NCBI GenBank assembly: GCA_030704615.1
Contig: CM060732.1
Span: 57,970,001-58,034,000, forward strand
DNA: 64,000 nt
Direction of reading: 5' to 3'
From: Takakia lepidozioides
Lineage: Eukaryota; Plantae; Bryophyta
In this document: positions 26,038 through 39,058 of the stretch, piece after piece
How positions within the stretch are numbered: the first letter of the stretch is position 1
Layout: every line of letters starts with the position of its first letter
Made by a program: the position numbers and the translations under genes
The notes under the pieces: model-generated
What the model was told of the DNA's origin: nothing
Databases searched by the model: none
What the model saw: the letters and a program-made list of their open reading frames with translations, nothing else

Positions 26038-26600
26038 CTTCTGGGACATCAGATTGAGGGGAGGAAGGCTTGGGCCAAAATGTGTGCAGATGTCCAGCGC
26101 AAACCACAACAAGCAGCAGCCATCCATGACAAGTTCGCAAGTTCCTTGGCAAGAAACGATCTTCTCTGTGTTAGGTCATCACCATCCGACTGCACATGGA
26201 CAACACTCCCACCAATCCGATGGAGAGATCTTAACACACTCCTCCATGGCGGCGTCCCCAGAGTTTGACAGGGTTGTGAATTGGCGTCACATTAAGTCTA
26301 CAGCTAAATTGAAATTCCGCTGATCTATCTAAGTCCACTCAAACTCTCCACACAGATTGCAAACCACCACTCTCTTGATCTTCCAACAATCTGTTCGTGG
26401 TCTGCACAGTTCCATATGCTACTTCTGCAATATCGTTGAACCCCCTACGGGTTCTGCCTCTGATAGGGTTCTGCTTCTGTAAGCTTCTATCATCTTCTAT
26501 CAGGATGCTGCATAGCCTCTAGCTGCTATAGAGATAGGGTTCTTAACCCTGTGAGTTCTTTCTCATTTTCTTTCAGAAGGCTTCAAATGACTCTCACTAA
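26038..26600 (+). mobile_element. L1/Tx1-type LINE 3' segment (continuation of 17990-19878) and probable 3' UTR
   Basis: FWDIR.. then, after a frame change, AWAKMC..KFASSLARNDLLCVR..W, like the C-terminus of the 63202-63731 copy (AWVSL..FDTTWAKDDILCSR..ITW). Confidence 0.7.
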
Positions 26601-27974
26601 CTACGGAGTGTGTGCCTTATGGCGTAATCAGGGGTTTTAATTTTTTTTCCCGAAATAAACTTAATAAAATTAATTCAGGGTTCCGTCCCTGATTCAACCT
26701 AAAAAATAAAAATAAACTCGTTATTTTTTGTTTTTTTAACTCATTTTATACTCTAAAATAGTTACAATATTGCCGAAAGGTTAATTATAGAAATGAGAAC
26801 AAACCTCTAGATATTGTGAGGTGGGTAGCGTGTGAGCATGCTCACATTGGCGTGAGCCTGCTTACGTAAGCAGATAGGCATATTTTGTATATTCCCTAAA
26901 AATACAACGAATATGTACCAAATGTAATACCCATGATCTACACAAACTAGAATAGAAGTACTTCTCAACTTTTTCCCAAAACAACTCGATGTCTTCTAGG
27001 CTTTCAGTGCAGGTTTATATACTCTTCACAATATGATTATTTTAAAGGTTTGACTTGATAGCCTCAAGTCAAAGTTTCCTAAAGTCAACCTTCATAGGTT
27101 TGACATATTCTCCACAATATGACTTTATCAAATATTTGACCTACTCTCCATAATATGAATATTTTAGAGGTTTGACTTGAGAGCCTCAAGTCAAACTTCC
27201 TTAAGTCAAACTTCTTAGGATATTTTCTAATTATTCTGGAAACTTCTAGGGAACTTTCATCCTCCATCTAGAACCTTCTAGATTCTACCTTGTTACAATC
27301 ATCTCCTCTTTCAAGAAACAACGTCCTCGTTGTTCGAATTTTCAAAAACTTGAATTGTCAATTGAGCATTTGTAAGATTTTGCACCGGTTCCCAGGTAGC
27401 TTCATATAATGGAAATCCTTTCCATAATACCAAATACTCCAACACCTCATGTCGCCCTCGTTTGTATGTGTGTTTTTTCAGAACACGGTCGACCTCCCAC
27501 TCTTTATTTCCGTCTATCAACTCTTGGAAATGTTGTGGTTCTTGATTATCTTTGAATGTTAATGGTCGAGGTTCGTAACGACGTAGTAGTGAAACGTGAA
27601 AGACCGGGTGGATCTTCATATGTGGTGGTAACTCCAGCTTGTATGCTACTGCTCCAATACGTTTAATGATCGAAAAATGACCAATGAACCATGCCCCTAG
27701 TTTTCGCGATCCAATGATATGGAAATTGGTTGTAGACAACCACACTTGATCCCCCACTGCAAATTTCTCATCCCGTCGACGTACATTTGCATACTGTTTT
27801 TGGCGATTTTTGGCAACCATCATCTTCTCTTTAGCTTGACGTATTCCCCGTTGAATTTGTTGCACAAATGCGTTAGTCACGGCTACCTTGGATAACTCCT
27901 CATTTGGTAACTTGAACTTTGTAAGAGTTGTTGGCACATTTGGGTGTTCATCATACATTTTTTTTTTTTTTTAA

Positions 27975-30175
27975 ATCTTTCGTTGACGCGTTGACCGAGT
28001 TATTGTATGACCTCTTAACAGTTTAAGGAGATGAGAAGATAACGAACATCACAATGAGTAGGAAAACGAGGACAACCAGTCAGTAGACCTCGCGGTCTTA
28101 CTGGTTTTACAAAGAAGAGCAAATGTGAGGGGCCCTACAAGGAGAAGAAGCAAATCAATCTTGTGGGCAAGAAAGAGACGCAGTTAATTGTGACAGATGG
28201 AACTTTGGAAGGTATTCATGTAAGAGTGCTGATAGACCCTGGGGCAACAAAAAATTTCTTATCTAGAAAGGCTGCCTTGAAACTAGGACTCCCCTTAGAA
28301 AATGATGAAAGAGAGGAAGTAGAAATGCCCAATGGACATACAGAGGCCATTGAGACATTACCTAAAAACATAGAGTTGTCGATTGGTAAATATAGAGAAA
28401 CCTTAGAATGACGAGTGGTCAGACTGGCTCGATATGACGTAATATTAGGCATGCCTTGGATGGAATCTCACAACCCTGATGTTGATTGGCGTCGAAAAAT
28501 AGTCAAAACCCAGAATTGGAAAATATGGGGAGATCGAGTGAGGACACCATATCGAAACCTACTATTATTTGTTATAGGTACTACAGCTATATGTAAGAAA
28601 CACTTATTATTTGTAGGTTTAATAAGAGACGTGGAAAATCCGAAAAAAGACATGAGTGAGGTCTCTATAGAATTACAGAGTGTATTGAAAGAGTTCAAAG
28701 ATGTTTTTCCAGATGACCTACCAGCACGGCTTCCGCCAAATAGAAGAGTAGATCATAAGATTGAGGTTATTCCAAGTAGTACTCCTTCTTGTAAAATCTC
28801 TTATCGATTAGCACCAAACGAGTTGGAAGAATGTAAGGCTCAAGTCGAGGACCTACTATCAAAAGGCTTTATAAGACCAAGTGTATCCCCGTATGGAGCA
28901 CCGGTGTTGTTTGTGAAGAAAAAAGATGGAGCAATACGCATGTGCATTGATTATCGAGCACTCAACCAGCAGACAGTGAAGAACAAGTACCCGTTACTAC
29001 GCATGGACGATCTATTTGACCAACTGCGAGAAGCAAAATACTTTACGAAGCTTGATCTGAGAAGTGGATACAACCAAATTCGAGTCGCTGATGAAGATGT
29101 ATATAAGACCGTTTTCCGCACTAGGTATGGACATTTTGAATACATGGTTATGTCATTTGGTCTCACCAATGCCCCAGCCACATTCATGGGCCTCATGAAT
29201 GATATCTTTCGCCCATTCTTAGATAGATTTGTGATAGTCTTTTTAGATGATATTTTGATCTATAGTAACAGCCTTGTCGAGCATAGAAACCACCTCAAAC
29301 AAGTATTACAAATTCTCCGTGAGAATCAGCTATATGTCAAAGCATCTAAACGTGGGTTTGAAAAATAAGAAGTAGATTATCTTGGGCATCGCGTGAGCAG
29401 GAAGGGAATTGAGGTAATGAGTGAGAAAATAAAAGCTATTCAGCAGTGGATAGCCCCTGAAGACATTACCCAATTAAGGAGTTTTCTTGGCCTTACCGGA
29501 TTCTACAGACGAGTTGTATGGGCATTCTCAAAGATTGCCCAACCATTGACAAATCTTTTGGGCAAATGAATTAGATGGAAGTGGGGTACAGAAGAGGAGT
29601 TAGCATTTCAGGCTTGAAGGATGCGTTGCTTCATGCCCCGATCTTGAAATGGTATGATCCGACAAGATGCGTCAGGCTCAGCAGTGGGTGGGGTGTTACA
29701 ACAAGAATGGGAAGACGGATGGCACCCAGTGACATATTTTTCTCGCAAATTGTTACCTGCGGAACAAAATTACCATACAAACGAACGAGAAGAATTGGCC
29801 ATTGTTTTAGCTATAAAACATTGGAAGCACTATCTTGGAGACAAAGAGTTCATAGTGGAGATAGACCATAAACCATTGGTGTACTTGAAGACACAGAAAG
29901 ATCTATTGAAGAGACAGATTCGTTGGGCGGAGTGGCGACAACAATTTAACATGAAGATCGTCTATGTGGAGTAAAAACGGCAATTGGCGGATGCAATGAC
30001 AAGGATGCCGCACATGAACACATTGACAAAAATCAACATTCAACCCGATTGATGGAACAAGATAACGACGGCTTCTAAAGATGATGGGGAGATTGTGGCT
30101 AAAAAGAGTTCAAAGCGACAGAAGTTCGAGGGTTGGTATTCAAGGAAGGTAGACTTTGGATCCCTGATGAATCTG
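27975..30175 (+). pseudogene. Inverted gypsy pol block: protease, RT, RNase H and start of integrase
   Basis: LIDPGATKNF (protease); [25 protein letters not shown] and FLDDILIYS (RT); DASGSAVGGVL, EELAIV and IDHKPL (RNase H). It lies on the opposite strand to the gag, chromodomain and PBS. Confidence 0.9.
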
Positions 30176-30659
30176 CATTCTTCATTGTCCGCCATCTTGT
30201 TCCACTACTCCTTCCTTCGTGGTGTTTGTCTTCTAAAATTAATACTATCTCTATTCTCTTATCCTAATACAGTATGTAAATAGTGCAATCCCAAACCATA
30301 CCGTACGTGACTATTGGTAATACAAAAGGGACGTTTGAACTCATGACAAGGTTCATGAATTCTACCACAAATTCTGCAACTAAAAATCTTACAAGATGAT
30401 GTTTGTCGATGGCGCACACATTGATACTAAATACATTTGGTGGTGGAAAATTAGGCGGAAAATGTTTCCACTTGTCCTTCTGTTCTTGAGAATGTTGAGG
30501 AGGTCACGTCCTTGTCATTCAATTTCATTCGCCGCTGTGTGTTATCTTCCCCATATCTGATTCCCGGCCTATTTCTTTGAGAGTATTGGAAGTTATCCCG
30601 TCTTCGAAGATTTCCAAGCTCCATATGCGTTGGTCCGTATTGGTTCAATGGAACGTGTA

Positions 30660-32004
30660 GAGAGACAGAGACAGAGACAGAAGACTCCGGCCGAGGCCGG
30701 CATAACTAAGAGCCGCTTCGCCTTGCGGCTACTGGCCCCTTTCGGGGGTGGGCCCTGTAACAAAAAGTGTCCAGGGGGACACCAGGTGACCGCTAAGAAT
30801 AGATGGGGCGAGGATACCTCTGGGTACCCAGGGGTATCCTGGGGGACCTAAGGTGCATTTGAAGTGCCGGATTCCAGTTGGCGTTTGTTGGTGATAATAG
30901 CTGTGAGTGAACGGAGTGCCGTGAGATGGATTTTTTTGAAACATTTGTGGATGGGAAGAATGGGAATTTGGAAATTATCGTGTAGGTCCGTGATACTGCC
31001 GTTATGAATGTCACCTCGAGTGCCGGCTGTGATGACAGTTAACGGGCCGGTTTTCCCGCCACGCCTTCGGAGTGCAAGGATAAGCGGGGCATATTTTTGC
31101 CGTTTTTCTAAGATTGAATCATTTGGATAACGATCATGGCAAAATGTGAATTCAATGAAATGGATGGTGAGTTGTGGGGATGGTGAGGTGGGGGGGTAAA
31201 GTGTTGATAGATAGACCTTGGACGAGGAGTATGTCCGGGCAAAGTCGAGCGGGGCATGAGCATGGTGTTTGGGTACATATGCATGGTAGTAGCCACGGTG
31301 GTACTGTGTGGTCGGGTGGCCGTCCCTGGTAGGTGACTGCGTTCATAAGCGAGAACCAACGGGTTTCAGCACGTTTTAGAAAGAGCTTGTGGAGGTGCCA
31401 GACTACCTGGTTATGACGCGTGATATGTAATACATGTATAACTGGGTGTGTACATTGGCTGAGGAGATGTGGCCAAGTGTCACGAGCTTGGTGGGTGGTT
31501 GCACATAACGGGCAGTATGGGGATGGGAACAGATGTGGCCAGAAGATGTGTTTGCGCTGGTGGCCCATGTATTGGGCATATCGAAATTTGAGTGTTTGTC
31601 GGATTTGTGCGTCGGTGGTGGCTTTGGTTAGCCAGAAATGATTGGAGAGTTTATGGTGTAGTACATTGGATTGAGTCCATTTTTGGATGTGTACTTTGGT
31701 ATGGCTGATGGAGGCTGCCGCTTGTTTATTTGCTTCTCTGGTCAGAGTGGTCAGGAAGTTTCGGACTAGTCTGGGTGCAGGTGGGTGTGGAACGGGGTGT
31801 ATGAACCAGAAAGGATGGGTGTGGGCGATGTGAATAGGGTCGTTCGAGGGTTCAACTATGGGTTAGGAGGCGATGAGTTGGGCGAGTAGGTCTGCTTCTT
31901 CATTACCATGGATGCCAGTATGCGAACGGACTTTGAGTATATGGACTGGGTGGCCTATGGAGATGGCCCTCTGGACAATAGCGGCAATGAGATTGCGGTC
32001 GGAG
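30660..32004 (-). mobile_element. 5'-truncated non-LTR retroelement (RNase H + CCHC + RLE; Dualen/RandI-like) inserted into the gypsy gag
   Basis: 13-bp TSD AATGGAACGTGTA (30647-59 and 32005-17). Motifs HILKVRSHTGIHGNEEADLLA (RNase H), CPLC..DTWPHLLSQC, RHNQVV and PDIL..IHFIEFTFCHD..KRQKY (RLE). The 3' end is a (TCTCTG)n tail. Confidence 0.9.
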
Positions 32005-35000
32005 AATGGAACGTGTATACCTTCGTCGTATTTTGGAAGCGTCTCTTCAATCTTTTGGGCCAATGAAATTGCTTCGTGGACATCAACCGGGTTGCGTAAA
32101 ATTACCTCTCCTTGAATTTTCTTCTTCAATCATCTTTTGAAGTTGTCTAAAGCTTTTGCAGGACTCATGTCTTCGATTTGGACCTAAAGATTCAGAAAAT
32201 CTTCAATGTAATTTTGCACACTCCCGCGTTGTTTCAAATTCCATAATTTCATTCGAGCAGTTGTAACAGCATCTACTGCCTTGAATTGTTGGAGTAGTCT
32301 TGCTTTCAAAGTGCTCTATAGTAAAGGTTCTCCTTTTGCAATCTGTCTTCTCTCCCATGTCTGTAACCATATTGAAGCATTGTCGAGTAGAAAAGATCGT
32401 ATGAACATTATGTGGTCCAAATCGCTTGATGTAGGGAAATATGACAGATGTACCTCCATTCGATAAATCCATCCTTCTAGCACTCTCATGACGCGACTTC
32501 CTTTATACGGCTCGACCTTGCACGTTTTGGTCATCTTTTGCAGTAACGTATCCGTCTCATCAGCAACCAGTCTCGGGGCGGTTGATTGTCTCACTTGTTT
32601 AAGCTCCTCCATCAACACGTTGTTTTGTTATTGAGTCATGATAAGAACGTTCTGCAATTCGTGTAAACGCTCCATTATCCACACCGTGTTGTTCCTCTCC
32701 AAATCTCTGTACTATCGTATCTCTAATTTCTGCTTTACGACGACATATAATTTTAAACTCACACTCCGAAGGAAAATCATGGAAATGGGGTTGATTTAAG
32801 TCCATAAATTTTTTATAGTATCGTTATGATGCACCATCACTACTGTCTATTCAACACTTAAAAATATTAACAACAAAAATCTCTATAAGAAAAAAACATC
32901 TTAATCGAATCCTCCTAAAGAAGGTATTCACTCCCAACTTTAAGAAAGACTAGGCTCTGATACCATTGTAACACCCAGGATCTACACAAACTAGAATATA
33001 AGTACTTCTCAATTTTTTCCCAAAACAACTCGATGTCTTCTAGGCTTTCATTGCAGGTTTATATACTCTTCACAATATGATTATTTTAAAGGTTTGACTT
33101 GAGAGCCTCAAGTCAAAGCTTCCTAAAGTCAACCTTCATAGGTTTGACATATTCTCCACAATATGACTTTATCAAAGATACTTGTTAAAGTCAACCTTCA
33201 TAGGTTAGACATATTCTCCACAATATGACTTTATCAAAGATTTGACCTACTCTCCATAATATGAATATCTTAGAGGTTTGACTTGAGAGCCTCAAGTCAA
33301 ACTTCCTTAAGTCAAACTTCTTAGGATCTTTCCTAATAAGTCTAGAAACTTCTAGGGAACTCTCATCCTCCATCTAGAACCTTCTAGATTTTACCTTGTT
33401 ACACCAAATGGCACTCACGTGAAAAAATTACGAAATTATCATGAACGTCGTGCTCACGCGACAAAACCTACGAAGCTAATTGTCTAACAAAACAACCACA
33501 AATATCTCTGCCAGAACTGAAAGGTCAGCAAACTTGAACAATGTGGCATTTAAAACTCAATATATGAATTTTTACAAACATATGTTGAAACATATATGTA
33601 TAACATCCCCAATAACCACCCAAAATTTGGGTTTTGCCAACGAAACTTGGGTTTCGTCAGCGAAATTGGGGGTTTTTTTTTTTAAATTTCAAGTTTCTTC
33701 ATTTCAAGCTCATTCTATATGTTTAAAATTATATTTACACACCACGTAGACCCTATTAACCCATAAAGACCCTATGTCCGTCTATTGTATGTATTTCCGC
33801 TGGCATACATATCACCCCCATAACTGTGGATCTTGCTCACCCTGGGTTTTTTTTCTGCTCATGCCATACCAATCCCCAATACTGTTGTTGCATCTCAACA
33901 CAAAATTTAAATCATTCCTAAATTAGATATATATATATATTACATGCAATAGGTATGCAATACCAAATGCCCATGTAATAAAATATCATCTACAACCCCC
34001 ACTAAATCAATCACTAGTGGTTCTAGATGATGTATTGAGGGTTGATGCAATGGGCAAATAGTATGCAGTGGTGTACCAAATGCCCATGTCTTCATCCCAC
34101 TTGTTCACCAAATATTCTCTATAAATAGATTCTTAGATCCCTTAATATTATGCTTAGATGCTTTCACCTTTGATTTATTAGGCATTTGGTACACGAAGGA
34201 ATGTCATATGACCACGTCAATCACGAAAACAAATTTTGAATTGAAGCAAGATCGTCGAGAAAGAGCAATGTGAGCTCCGTGTTTCCGGGTGGTTGTTTCC
34301 CTGGGACTTAGGTTTTTCTCTCGATCCCCGCCCCTTCCTAGTGTGAGATCCCCGACGAATCTCTCTCGCCAGTTCTTCTAGCACCTTGGTCCCCTCCGTC
34401 TGTATTGCCTTTGCTCCTTCTGTGTCGCAACTACTGTCATCTTTATTTCGTTTATCCTTTGTTTAGTATTTTTCCCTTACTGCCTTTACTTCTGTCTGCT
34501 TTGCAACTCGCACGTTGCTATGCTCTTTCAGATTAAGCATTCATCTTTCTATTTGCCCTTCATCTATTAGGGCTGTGGTTTGCCTTGTTGTTCTGTCTCT
34601 TGCTGTTCGTTTCCCCTTGTCTCTCCCCACCTTCATCCGCCCCGGCTGGTTCACGTTAGGTTTTTTCCTTGTCCTTCGAGGCTTCGCGCATTCTCGATCC
34701 TCTCACTGCGCTCGTCCCTATACTTGTTGCTTCATGCAGCGTCATTTCGGTTTGCTGGGGCTTCTAAGGACTAATACCTAACTCTCCCCTGTTTCCCCTT
34801 GTGTTGTTTCTTTGGAAGATCACAATGACGCAAGAGATCATATTGGCCACTAAGAGGGGACATATACACTTTGTACATTGGATATGAGCAGTTGTATATA
34901 AGGGGAAGAAATAGACCAAGATCTATACTTTATAGAAGAAAAAATAGTGGAAGATAGAGAAAAATAAATAAATAAAATACAAACACGTAAGCTTATAGAC

Positions 35001-36179
35001 ATCATGTACGCCAAATTTGTTGTTTCGAAGCAATAAAGTTGATGGTATAATCCCTCGTCAATTGATGCACTAACAATAATGGAATAGTCATAGTAGTTTT
35101 TTTACAATAACACTTGTTGCAGGATTCACATTTACACAGAAACTTTAAACTAACAAAAGATTATAATGAGAACCAACATTCAATGTACGGTTGAAAATGT
35201 AATAACATCTATCAAACGCTCATAAAATTAAACCGATCGGAGTCACACATTGATTAAATAAAAATAAAAATAAGATCTACAATAACAAGGCTTTGAAGAC
35301 ATTTTACACTTCAATCATTAACTTTAACTTTAACTATCTCAAGCTAGAGAAAAATAAACCCAAATGAAAACAAAAAGTTTCAATTGGTTTGGGATATATG
35401 TGTCATACTCTGTATGTAAAACGAATTTTCGAGATGTGTATGAAACAAGCAAGGCGTCGCATATGATTCCTCCTTCTGAAGTAGTGGAATCTACTTTCAT
35501 TCATAATAAACTTCAAATTTCCTCCATTTGATTTTCATAAGTTTTTCAATAATAGAGATATTGAATGCACATCACATAAGTAAGTTTTCAAGAGAATGCA
35601 CTTGGGGGAATTGCACAATAGGCGCTTAGCGATCCTTAATTTTTGACTCTAATGCGTAGTCTCCTCTTTAGAATAAAGAAAAATCAATAAAAATAATATA
35701 ACAAATTTGTTCCAATGCCTCTTGAAAATCAATTAATTGAAGTCCAAATGTATACTCGTTTCAGCAAAATAAACGAAAAGAAAACCAAAAAAACAAAAAA
35801 AATCCCCAATCACATGTTACAATGCATCGAAACATTATATCGTCCGAATTTCGTTTACAACAATGAACAACCTACATTTGCTAAATTTTAAGTCTTCAAG
35901 AATTTATACTTGGTCCGCTCTACGAGTTCAGGATGATAAATTTGCTAGAATACCGACCGATGAAAATGTACTAACATACCTCTGTAAATGTATATGAAAT
36001 ATGATACCACTGTAAGAGTATCAACGCGTAAGAGTTCATTATCCCTCACCTTATATCAACATACATCCCAACTTGAACATGATACTTTTGTAAGCGTATT
36101 GGCACAAAAAAAAATTATATAATAATCTGATTTAATATCATGATCCATTTGTGGACTTACATTGGATTAAAAAGGAGTG

Positions 36180-36630
36180 TGACAATACCTCTACATAAAT
36201 ATAGACTAATTTAGCTAAGTTTATTTGTAAATCAAACGTTGTACCTCCGTAGGTATCCAAACGATGCAACTCCCTCATGACGATACCTCTACCTACATAC
36301 AGACTGATTTTAACTAAGTTTCTTTGTAATCAAGCACTATACTTCTGTAAGTATACCAAACATGGCTACTACCTAATGACGATACATCTACCTACATATA
36401 GAATAATTTATCAAAGTTAACTAAGTTTCTTTGCAATCAAGCGCTATACCTATGTAAGCATACCAAACAAGCTACTATCCTATGACGATACCTCTACCTA
36501 CATATAGACTAATTTACTAGAGAGTTTCTTTGTAAATCAAAGGCTTATCTCCGAAGGTATACCAAACATGGCTACTACCTTAGGATGATACTTTTACATG
36601 AGTATAGACTAATATAGCCAAGATTTATTG
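36180..36630. repeat. Degenerate ~100-bp tandem repeat, about 4.5 copies
   Basis: GACGATACCTCTACCTACATATAGACTAATTT..AAGTTTCTTTGTAATCAA..TACCAAACATGGCTACT recurs at ~36181, 36279, 36378, 36484 and 36584. Confidence 0.85.
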
Positions 36631-37619
36631 GGAGTCACACTATATATGATATTGTATTGGTTCAAAAAGAGTTGGTCACAACAAATAATCCATCTCGATT
36701 CTGGAAAGCTTATGATGAAGATGTTTTGTGCATACATGAGTTTGTAAATGACGAAGTGGTTTCAGCCTTGGCAAACATGGTACAAAATCGAGGTTTGGAT
36801 GACTCTTCAATTTTGCCTTTGGTTTTGTTGCACCCGAGTATGAGTATATTTTTAGAGACAGAAGTTTTGCAAGCATTTACTTAGCAAACACATCTACATT
36901 CCAAGGAGACAGTGAGATCAGATGTCCAGACCAAAAAATGAAGGAGGAAGTAAATATTTCAGAGTTGACATTGTCCAAGGTCATGAAGTTGATTGTAGCA
37001 ACCAACATTGTTGACATGTTTCCAAAGGATACAGAACTGTTGGTTCACCCTTTGAAATGGATGATATTGCGATTGGAGATGTGACGGAAATCTCAACTCC
37101 GTGAAGGTCGTGGCACCGAAAAGATTGAGTTTAAGATTGAGTTTGTGACCAAGTACCAACGATAAAAGGAAGCTTGGCGCATGTCAATTAATACGCAGTG
37201 GGGATCATATGAATCTTCCACCTTGAAGTATTCCATATAGTCAAAAAATTTCTTCATTCCCCGCAGAAATAAGAAAGGTAGTTTACAAGGATCTTCAAAT
37301 CTTGGATCATTTTTGTAGGAAGATTTTTTCGCATAAAATGGCATTGCAAATCTCGCAATTCACTTCCCTTCGACACATATAAATCAAATAAGTGATACTA
37401 ATGTTGTTTTCCAAATGTGGTGAAGTCATTCAATAAAAGAAAAATGGTATTTCCGAGAGATGTTAAACTATCAATGAATATTAAACATATGATAAACATA
37501 AGCAATATGCTACATATTTGTATGCTATAGATGTGAGTTCAACTCCACCTTCAATGTCGTTGATGGTAGTCAATTGATGACATTTCGAAAGTTCTTCACT
37601 ACTACAGTTCGAAAATGAC

Positions 37620-37814
37620 GCTCATGTCTTCTTATCCATGTTGTGCACGTTCAAGTGAGGCATATTCATCTTCTTTGTGGCGTGGGTGATTGTTATGCAA
37701 TTGTTTGTGATCTATGTCTTCGTGCCAGAGACCAAGGCGGTGCCTATCGAAGTGATGGAATTAGTGTGGAGAAAACATTGGTTCTAAAAAAGGTATACTG
37801 TTGATGAAGACTAA
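37620..37814 (+). pseudogene. Sugar transport protein (STP, MFS) C-terminal fragment
   Basis: [57 protein letters not shown]. It matches the STP end motif PETKG.PIE..VW..HWFW; two Trp codons have become stops. Confidence 0.85.
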
Positions 37815-38649
37815 ATTGGGATTCCCAATGGAGTGGCCTTGGAAAATGTAAAAGTGGCATGGGAACACAAAATGCAATCGGCCAGAGATGTGTTCGTTTA
37901 GCCTCCAGTGATTCCTGTATGAATTGGCCAGTATAGTTTTATGTTAGAACACATGGTTTCTATTGAAGCATTTGTATGAGATTCAAAGCCTCAAACTGCA
38001 ATATAACTTCTTTCAATTTTTTATTTTATTTATTTTTTCTCACTCCACTAGGATAATGGGTTGTATGATCCTTGGATTGAGTTATGGACAACAGAAGCAT
38101 GTAGGTTTACAAGCACCCTTGTGCAATTTAGAGAAGATTGTTGCGTCTGATCCTCCCTCAACATTCAAAGACAAGTGAGAAATGAAATGAAGAAGACATG
38201 AATTTGAATGCCACATCTCATAAACGAGCAGACCAAGGATGCCCAAACCCAAGAAACAACCCGAAAACCAAATATTTTCCTTCTTTTATCATTGTCTACA
38301 TCTTTCAAAGTTGGTGTATATTGACTCTGAATTTGGTCATCATCCAACCTTTCTACAAAGTCTTTTTTGCATCTCGATGCTAAGGGGCTTGCCAATTGCT
38401 GGACCCACTTCAGGGTCAAGAGCGTCCAACTTTATAGATGCAAAGATTGGCAAAAGATTGGTAAAAGACTGCCACTTGAAGTTTTGCCACAACTGAATTT
38501 TTCTAGTGTGAAACCACCCCCTTCCTAGTAAACACAGATATGTATTAGGAAAGATTTCGGTGGAGAAAACAGTAAGATGGTGATGGGATCCACATGTCAA
38601 GTGGTTTTCATATTAGTAAAATTAATAAAATTAGCTAGTTTAATATTAG

Positions 38650-39058
38650 TGTGAAACTAGTTAGTTAATAACTAGTTTTTATGTATTGACACTTGGGATT
38701 GACCCAAGTGTAAAATCAAGGATCAAGACATTTTTAGGCACCTGGGAGTGATTATCCTCACGACAGTCGCGGTGAGGCTTTGCTTTCTCGAGTAATAAAA
38801 ATAACTTACACAAACCACATAACCTGTAAACTTTGCATTAAAAAAAATCTTCACTCATAACATGAGTCGAGCCAAATGCACCCCAAGCTGTGGGGAATCC
38901 ACACACGACGCCATAGCCAGACGCGGGAGACTCAACTTTTGTTGCCGTGAGGATAACCACTTTCAAGTGCCTAAAAACGTCTCGACCCCTGGTTTGACAC
39001 TAGAATCAATCCCAAGTGTCAATACGTAAAAACTAGTTATTAACTAGTTTGTTTCACA
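38650..39058. mobile_element. Foldback/Mutator-like MITE with ~115-bp TIRs
   Basis: TGTGAAAC..AGTTAATAACTAGTTTTTA.GTATTGACACTTGGGATTGA...TTTTTAGGCAC..TTATCCTCACG is matched in reverse complement at ~38943-39058. No TSD recognised. Confidence 0.75.

Larger units (their letters stand above)
26923..33403 (-). mobile_element. Ty3/gypsy chromovirus LTR retrotransposon, defective and internally rearranged
   Basis: LTRs TG..CA at 26923-27297 and 32967-33403, with a 5-bp TSD CCAAA (26918-22 and 33404-08). tRNA-iMet PBS TGGTATCAGAGC at 32965-32954 and a PPT next to 27298. Gag on the minus strand (~32800-32020 and 30659-30450). Integrase C-terminus + chromodomain (HPVFHVSLL..EYLVLWKG..TWEP) at 27958-27311. 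Confidence 0.95.

Noticed and set aside
31863-32129. Gag-RNase H fusion ORF as a novel protein
   Set aside because: It is a chance in-frame junction created by the nested insertion at the 32005-32017 TSD.
33598-34190. MITE with TACCAAATGCC motifs
   Set aside because: The terminal match is weak and there is no TSD, so the boundaries cannot be supported.
36180-36630. CRISPR-like or coding repeat
   Set aside because: The units are degenerate along their full length, have no spacer structure and keep no open frame.
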